A DNA stretch of 64,000 bases from Minisyncoccota bacterium (lineage in GTDB: Bacteria > Patescibacteriota > Minisyncoccia > Phycocordibacterales > VMEP01). The number at the start of each line of letters is the position of its first letter. The stretch's first letter is position 1. The position numbers and the translations under genes were made by a program. Under the pieces are notes generated by a model. The model made no database searches. It had not been told where the DNA came from and saw only the letters and a program-made list of their open reading frames with translations. This document shows, one piece after another, positions 58,419 through 64,000 of this stretch. Location of the stretch: NCBI GenBank assembly GCA_041661305.1, contig JBAZUR010000002.1, positions 10,621 to 74,620 of the forward strand. Reading direction: 5' to 3'.

Positions 58419-58642
58419 AGTTGTAAAATGGAGCATCCAGCTCCAATTTTGCCAGTATATTTTTGTAACATATTAAATAAACAATAAAACATAACTGACA
58501 TTTTGCGAGGTGCGCGCGAATAGCGCTTACTTTTTTTGGCGAAGCGCCTCGCCAGCAATTCATTTTGCAAAATTGGGGCTGTGGCGCTCACTTCACTTGG
58601 TAGAAAAAGAAAACAAAAGACTCGCGAAAGCGAGTCTTTTGT

Positions 58643-58671
58643 TTGACATATTTCCTTAATTAATGTATTAT
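58643..58671 (+). promoter_or_regulatory. Near-consensus sigma70 promoter of ORFan 58716
   Basis: TTGACA-N17-TATTAT. Confidence 0.7.
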
Positions 58672-58715
58672 GCAAAAAGTTATTGTAGTCTAACCAAACA
58701 AACTGGAGACATACC

Positions 58716-58910
58716 ATGGGAAACAGAGCTTTGCTGAGGAATATTCCTCAAGAAATTCAAAAGCGTTACAACATCGGTCCGGAGGTTGAGGTGGTCGTGA
58801 GTGGTGAAAGCATGGGAGGTAATTTTTCATTTCAAAACCTCAGCGGTCAGCATGTTGGTATTGACGCTGTGGAGTTGTGTGGCACGGAAATCACGATTCA
58901 GTTCTTGTAG
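58716..58910 (+). CDS. Small ORFan
   Basis: Own promoter, GGAG SD and downstream hairpin 58937-58957. Confidence 0.55.
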   Translation: MGNRALLRNIPQEIQKRYNIGPEVEVVVSGESMGGNFSFQNLSGQHVGIDAVELCGTEITIQFL

Positions 58911-59041
58911 TTCACGTGCCAAGACACACACTTAAACACCCCGCAAATTGCGGGGTGAGTTGTTTTGTTTGACATTAAATCCTAATTATGAAAGTTTAAG
59001 TGATAGTTGTTAGCTAACTCATTAACAGAAAAGGGGGTAGC

Positions 59042-59461
59042 ATGTTTTATTTTTTGCGTTCTTTGTGGCGGTCGTTTAAGTTTGGACACCTGATTCCTTT
59101 GTGGAACTCATTTCGCGTGCTTACTTCCAATGACCCCTGGGCTGGAAGTTGTGGTTACCGCGAAGCCAATCTTCGGTGGTACCTCGACATCATCGCGAGG
59201 GGTATGTCTGAGCGAGGGGCCATTGTGAAAACACGTTTCAATCCCGAGAAAAAAGTTGCAGAATTTTTCCTCGTCTCTACGGGGGAAGTAATTGCTCGAG
59301 TTCTTCTGCGAAACGACTACAGGGGCTTTGAATATCTTTTTCTTTATGTCGACCTTTCGGAAAAGCCCATTTTTTTAGCTAAACAAGAAAGGCCTGAAAT
59401 ACTGATTAAGCGAGGTTTGCCAACGTTCAGGATTAACCTCATGGATCTTAAATATTTCTAG
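59042..59461 (+). CDS. ORFan hypothetical protein
   Basis: AAGGGGG SD; UUCG terminator 59496-59526. Confidence 0.6.
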   Translation: MFYFLRSLWRSFKFGHLIPLWNSFRVLTSNDPWAGSCGYREANLRWYLDIIARGMSERGAIVKTRFNPEKKVAEFFLVSTGEVIARVLLRNDYRGFEYLFLYVDLSEKPIFLAKQERPEILIKRGLPTFRINLMDLKYF

Positions 59462-59621
59462 CCTGCCTTGGCGACTAGAAATGAATAAAAACTACAAGCA
59501 CGCTTCGGCGTGCTTGCTTTGTTTTTGGGTTGTTAATTTAATCAAAATATGTAAATATGGCGGTTAATGCCGTCAAGGCCTTTTATTTTTTGTGCTTAAT
59601 TTAATCATTTAATTAATTTTT

Positions 59622-61781
59622 ATGAATCGCGACTACCCATTAGAAAAAACAAGAAACTTCGGAATTATTGCTCACATTGATGCTGGTAAAACAACCACGA
59701 CTGAACGCGTGCTTTACTACACTGGAAAATCACACAAGATTGGTGAAGTTCACGAAGGGGATACCGTTATGGATTGGATGGAACAGGAGCGTGAGCGCGG
59801 TATCACAATCACTTCTGCTGCCACAACTTGTTTTTGGGTTCCTACCTACGAAGGTGGAGATAAAGCGAAAGGATTCCGTTTTAATATTATTGATACCCCA
59901 GGACACATCGACTTCACTGTTGAGGTGAAGCGTAGTTTGCGTGTTCTTGACGGTGCTGTTGTTGTTTTTGACGGTGTTGCTGGGGTTGAGCCACAATCAG
60001 AAACAAACTGGCGCTATGCCGACGAAGGACGTGTGCCACGTGTTTGTTTTATCAACAAACTAGACCGTACCGGTGCATCTTTTGAAAAATCGTACCAGTC
60101 AATTTTGGACAGACTAAGCAAGAATGCAGTTCGCGTTCAGATTCCTATTGGTGAAGAAGATAAACACGAAGGCGTTGTTGATTTGCTTAAGATGAAGGCT
60201 TATCACTTTGAGGGGAATATGGGAGATGATGTTATTGAGAGTGAAATTCCAGAAAACCTTAAGGCTGATGCTGCAAAATACCGAAATGAACTCGTTGAAA
60301 AAATTGTTGAGAATGATGAAAAATTCTTAAGTGAATATCTCGAAGGAAAAGAAATCTCCATTGAGGATTTAAAAAAGATAATGCGTAAGGCTGTTATCGA
60401 AAACAAGATTTTCCCTGTTTATTGTGGTTCTGCTTTGAAAAACAAAGGAGTTCAGCTTGTGTTGGACGGTGTTGTTGAATACTTACCAGCTCCAACAGAT
60501 ATTCTTCCAGCAAAAGGTACTGACCCAAGAACAGGAGCAGAGATTACACGCCCCGCTTCAGACGAAGAGCCATTTTCAGCTCTTGCTTTCAAGCTTCAGA
60601 CTGACCCATTCGTTGGTCAGCTTACTTTCTTCCGTGTTTACTCTGGAACAGTTGAGGCTGGTTCATATTTGTATAACTCAACGACAGGCGAAAAAGAGCG
60701 TCTCGGCCGAATTCTTAGAATGCACGCCAATCAACGCGAAGAAGTGAAAAAAGTTTTTGCTGGAGAAATTGCGGCAGCCGTTGGTCTGAAAACAACAAGA
60801 ACATCAGACACTCTTTGTGATGAAGCGAACCCTATTCTTTTGGAGCGTATTGTTTTTGCTGAACCAGTTATTTCTCTTCGCATCGAGCCAAAAACAAAAG
60901 CAGACCAAGAAAAAATGGGTATGGCTTTGCGCAAACTCGCTGATGAGGACCCAACCTTCAAAGTTTCATCTGATACAGAAACAGGAGAGACAATCATTTC
61001 TGGTATGGGTGAATTACACCTTGAAATTATTGTTGATCGTATGAAGCGTGAGTTTTCTGTTGAGGCAAATGTTGGTAAACCACAAGTTGCTTACAAAGAA
61101 ACAATCACCAAAGAAGCAGAAGTTGATAATAAATACATTCGTCAGACTGGTGGTCGTGGACAGTACGGTCATGTGAAAATTAAAATCAAACCTCTTTCAA
61201 AAGAAATTCCTGAAAACATACCAAGAAACACAAAGCGTGAAAAAGGATTTGAATTTATCAACAATATCAAGGGAGGTGTTATTCCGCTTGAATATATTCC
61301 AGCCGTTGAAAAAGGTTTGCGTGAAGGTATGGATAGAGGAGTACTCGCAGGTTTCAAATTAGTGGATATTTCTGTCGATCTTTATGACGGTTCGTTCCAC
61401 GAAGTGGACTCGTCTGAAATTGCTTTCAAGATTGCAGCCTCACAGGCCTTACAGGAAGCAGCACGTAGAGCAGGCGCAGTTATTCTCGAGCCAATTATGA
61501 AGGTTGAAGTTGTTACTCCTGAAAAATTCATGGGTGATATAACTGGAAATCTTTCTTCAAAGCGTGCACAGATTGAAGGTATGTCAGACCGTGGAATGCT
61601 TAAGGTTGTTTCAGCAAAAGTTCCACTATCTGAAATGTTCGGCTACATGACGTCACTTCGCTCTCTTACCGAAGGACGTGCAGGGTTTACAATGGAATTC
61701 GATCATTACGACATTGTTCCTGCAAACATTGCAAAAACTATTATCGAAAGTAGAACTACCGGCTCTACAGAAGCCAAGTAA
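59622..61781 (+). CDS. fusA: Elongation factor G
   Basis: [30 protein letters not shown]. Confidence 0.98.
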   Translation: MNRDYPLEKTRNFGIIAHIDAGKTTTTERVLYYTGKSHKIGEVHEGDTVMDWMEQERERGITITSAATTCFWVPTYEGGDKAKGFRFNIIDTPGHIDFTVEVKRSLRVLDGAVVVFDGVAGVEPQSETNWRYADEGRVPRVCFINKLDRTGASFEKSYQSILDRLSKNAVRVQIPIGEEDKHEGVVDLLKMKAYHFEGNMGDDVIESEIPENLKADAAKYRNELVEKIVENDEKFLSEYLEGKEISIEDLKKIMRKAVIENKIFPVYCGSALKNKGVQLVLDGVVEYLPAPTDILPAKGTDPRTGAEITRPASDEEPFSALAFKLQTDPFVGQLTFFRVYSGTVEAGSYLYNSTTGEKERLGRILRMHANQREEVKKVFAGEIAAAVGLKTTRTSDTLCDEANPILLERIVFAEPVISLRIEPKTKADQEKMGMALRKLADEDPTFKVSSDTETGETIISGMGELHLEIIVDRMKREFSVEANVGKPQVAYKETITKEAEVDNKYIRQTGGRGQYGHVKIKIKPLSKEIPENIPRNTKREKGFEFINNIKGGVIPLEYIPAVEKGLREGMDRGVLAGFKLVDISVDLYDGSFHEVDSSEIAFKIAASQALQEAARRAGAVILEPIMKVEVVTPEKFMGDITGNLSSKRAQIEGMSDRGMLKVVSAKVPLSEMFGYMTSLRSLTEGRAGFTMEFDHYDIVPANIAKTIIESRTTGSTEAK

Positions 61782-61876
61782 TTAAAAGGTTTAATTTGGT
61801 AAAAATATAAAAAGCGGACCACAAGGGTCCGTTTTTTGTTTTGGTTTCTCGGAGAGAGATGTGCTTGCTGATGCAA

Positions 61877-62155
61877 TCAGCTTTCCTTTGCTACTTCGTG
61901 GCCGTAGACCTTTCCCATGAAAATGTAGTCACAACCATCAGCAATCAGCGCGTTCTCGAAGATGCTTGTGGGCTTGTCTGCACAAAGTTTGTTCACTAGG
62001 CCCCATACTTCCTGCGACACCTCAGAGGTGTCTTTGTTTTTCGGGAAGCGTAGCTTTATTTCTCCGGCAAATGCCAGTGAGGGGTCAGCCTCTGGTGCTG
62101 GGCAAGTGAAGCTGGGGATTACCTCCCCTGTGTCTGCGTTGAAGATTACAATCAT
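61877..62155 (-). CDS. ORFan between fusA and tuf
   Basis: AAGGAG SD; converges on hairpin 61810-61838. Confidence 0.55.
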   Translation of the reverse strand: MIVIFNADTGEVIPSFTCPAPEADPSLAFAGEIKLRFPKNKDTSEVSQEVWGLVNKLCADKPTSIFENALIADGCDYIFMGKVYGHEVAKES

Positions 62156-62277
62156 CGCTTAACTCTCCTTAGCTTAGTTTAACGGTACTCTGCTCTGGAT
62201 TATTCATATTTCGTAGCTACTTGTCAAATTTTTCTATATTTTTGTTTAAAATTAAGCCCCATTCGTTTTGTTTTAAT

Positions 62278-62305
62278 TTGACACACCTTCTTAATTTGTT
62301 ATTAT
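62278..62305 (+). promoter_or_regulatory. Putative tuf promoter
   Basis: TTGACA-N16-TATTAT with TGn extension. Confidence 0.55.
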
Positions 62306-62433
62306 TGCCCCATACGCAAATGTGCGTTGTTTTTCTTTGCTTCCAAAAGGAGATTATTAAATAATTTGCTGGGAACAAGTATTTGGCAAAGCTCTCGCGC
62401 GTCGAATTTTTGTTCTCACATAATAAATAACGT

Positions 62434-63624
62434 ATGGCAGAAGAATTTAAGCGTGATAAGCCTCACGTAAATGTTGGTACCATTGGTCACGTTGATCACG
62501 GCAAAACAACTCTTACAGCGGCTATCCTACACGTCCTCAACCTTGCCGGTAAAAAGGTTAAAATGAAGTCGGTCGACCAAATTGACTCGGCGCCTGAAGA
62601 AAAGGCCCGTGGTATTACTATTGCCCTTTCGCACAACGAGTATGAGTCTGACACACGTCACTATGCTCACATTGATGCTCCAGGACACGCTGACTACATC
62701 AAGAACATGATTACTGGTGCTGCTCAGATGGACGGTGCAATCCTCGTGGTTGCAGCGACAGACGGTGCAATGCCACAAACTCGTGAACACGTTCTCTTGG
62801 CTCACCAGGTTGGTGTTCCTAAGATGGTTGTTTTCCTTAACAAGTGCGATATGGTTGAAGACAAAGACCTTATCGACCTAGTTGAAGAAGAACTTCGTGA
62901 ATTACTTGAGAAGAACGGATACGACAAAAATGCTCCAATCATCCGTGGTTCAGGCCTTAAGGGTCTTGAAGCTACATCAGCTGATGATGAATGGGCAAAG
63001 AAGATTCTTGAGCTTATTACAGCTCTTGATGAATACGTTCCAGTTCCAGAGCGTGATGTTACAAAACCTTTCCTTATGCCAGTTGAAGACATTTTCTCAA
63101 TCGAAGGACGCGGTACTGTTGTTACAGGCCGTATCGAAAGAGGTGTTGTTAAGGTTGGTGAGGAAATCGAAATTGTTGGATTGAAAGATACAGTGAAGAC
63201 AACAGTTACTGGAATTGAAATGTTCAACAAGACATTGAATGAAGGTATGGCTGGAGACAACGCTGGAATCCTTGTTCGTGGAATCAAGAAGGAAGACATT
63301 ACTCGTGGTCAGGTTTTGGCCAAGACCGGTTCTGTTACTCCACACACTGACTTTGAAGCAGAAGTTTACATTTTGAAGAAGGAAGAAGGAGGTCGTCACA
63401 CACCATTCTTCTCAGGTTACAAGCCTCAGTTTTACATCCGTACAACGGACGTGACTGGAGACGTGACTCTTCCAGAAGGTGTTGAAATGGTTATGCCTGG
63501 AGACACAATGAAGTTCAAAGTGAAGCTCGTTGCTCCAGTTGCCCTTGAAGAAAAACAGCGTTTTGCTATCCGTGAAGGAGGTAAGACAGTTGGTGCAGGC
63601 GCCGTAACAAAGATTACCGCATAA
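62434..63624 (+). CDS. tuf: Elongation factor Tu
   Basis: [23 protein letters not shown]. Confidence 0.98.
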   Translation: MAEEFKRDKPHVNVGTIGHVDHGKTTLTAAILHVLNLAGKKVKMKSVDQIDSAPEEKARGITIALSHNEYESDTRHYAHIDAPGHADYIKNMITGAAQMDGAILVVAATDGAMPQTREHVLLAHQVGVPKMVVFLNKCDMVEDKDLIDLVEEELRELLEKNGYDKNAPIIRGSGLKGLEATSADDEWAKKILELITALDEYVPVPERDVTKPFLMPVEDIFSIEGRGTVVTGRIERGVVKVGEEIEIVGLKDTVKTTVTGIEMFNKTLNEGMAGDNAGILVRGIKKEDITRGQVLAKTGSVTPHTDFEAEVYILKKEEGGRHTPFFSGYKPQFYIRTTDVTGDVTLPEGVEMVMPGDTMKFKVKLVAPVALEEKQRFAIREGGKTVGAGAVTKITA

Positions 63625-63626
63625 AC

Positions 63627-63719
63627 TAGCTATTAGCTTCTAGCTTCTAGCTTTTAGGAAAAAAGAAAAATTCTAAATTACTAATGAAGCTAACAAGCTG
63701 AAAACTAAAAAGCTAAAAA
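63627..63719. repeat. Two oppositely oriented 7-8 nt tandem repeat tracts
   Basis: tagctat tagcttc tagcttc tagcttt ... ctaacaag ctgaaaa ctaaaaag ctaaaaa. Confidence 0.7.
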
Positions 63720-63721
63720 CA

Positions 63722-64000
63722 ATGGCTCAAACAGAAGAAAAAATTAAAGTAAAAAAGGTTGCATCAAAGGCTGCTCCAAAAGCACCTCGTGCTTCTAAAG
63801 CTTCGGCTAAGGAAGATGTTGTCGCCAAACTCCGCATAAGAGTGCGAGCGTATGAGAGCAAGATTCTCGACGCTTCGGTAAAACAAATTATCGATACAGC
63901 ACTCCGTTATGATGCGAAGCTCGTTGGACCAATTCCACTTCCTACCGAAATAAAGAAGTACACAGTCAATCGTTCATCATTCGTCTACAAAAATGCGCGA
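63722..64000 (+). CDS. rpsJ: 30S ribosomal protein S10 (3' truncated by window)
   Basis: Manual translation: KLRIRVRAYESKILD..GPIPLPT..YTVNRS. Confidence 0.92.
   Translation, partial: MAQTEEKIKVKKVASKAAPKAPRASKASAKEDVVAKLRIRVRAYESKILDASVKQIIDTALRYDAKLVGPIPLPTEIKKYTVNRSSFVYKNAR

Noticed and set aside
1-64000. Alternative genetic code (UGA=Gly)
   Set aside because: Conserved genes are full length under code 11 and TGA serves as a stop (e.g. prgI-like gene, 45178)

Overview
AT-rich chromosomal region of a small-genome bacterium. Gene content points to Patescibacteria/CPR, probably Parcubacteria (inference from a CPR-type T4SS-like cluster, type IV pili, ComEC, trigger factor lacking its PPIase domain, and core genes without SD motifs). 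The region is probably origin-proximal (yidC-jag, a parS site). It holds housekeeping genes (pnp, rpsO, cca, xth, xer, rny, clpP, tig, nusA, tpiA, pgk, recJ, rnhA, rpsL-rpsG-fusA-tuf-rpsJ), a VirB4/PrgI/VirB6/pilin cluster, a type IV pilus operon, four tRNA genes and scattered ORFans. The standout signal is non-coding: a family of short three-way-junction elements with clear base-pair covariation. Three copies follow tRNA T-arm/3'-end sequences (Arg, a Pro/Gly chimera, Gly). Each carries an antisense copy of that 3' end, a constant scaffold (CGAAAGCCGGA..GAGGCGGGGT..GTGACCGA) and a second copy of a tRNA 3' end. One Gly-type copy appears inserted into a tRNA-Pro T-loop. Three more copies (7.6, 14.2, 57.3 kb) have the same scaffold geometry as an exactly 54-nt core closed by copy-specific 17-19 bp inverted repeats. 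This looks like a structure-defined, target-adaptable mobile or regulatory element. Novelty and mechanism cannot be confirmed without database searches.
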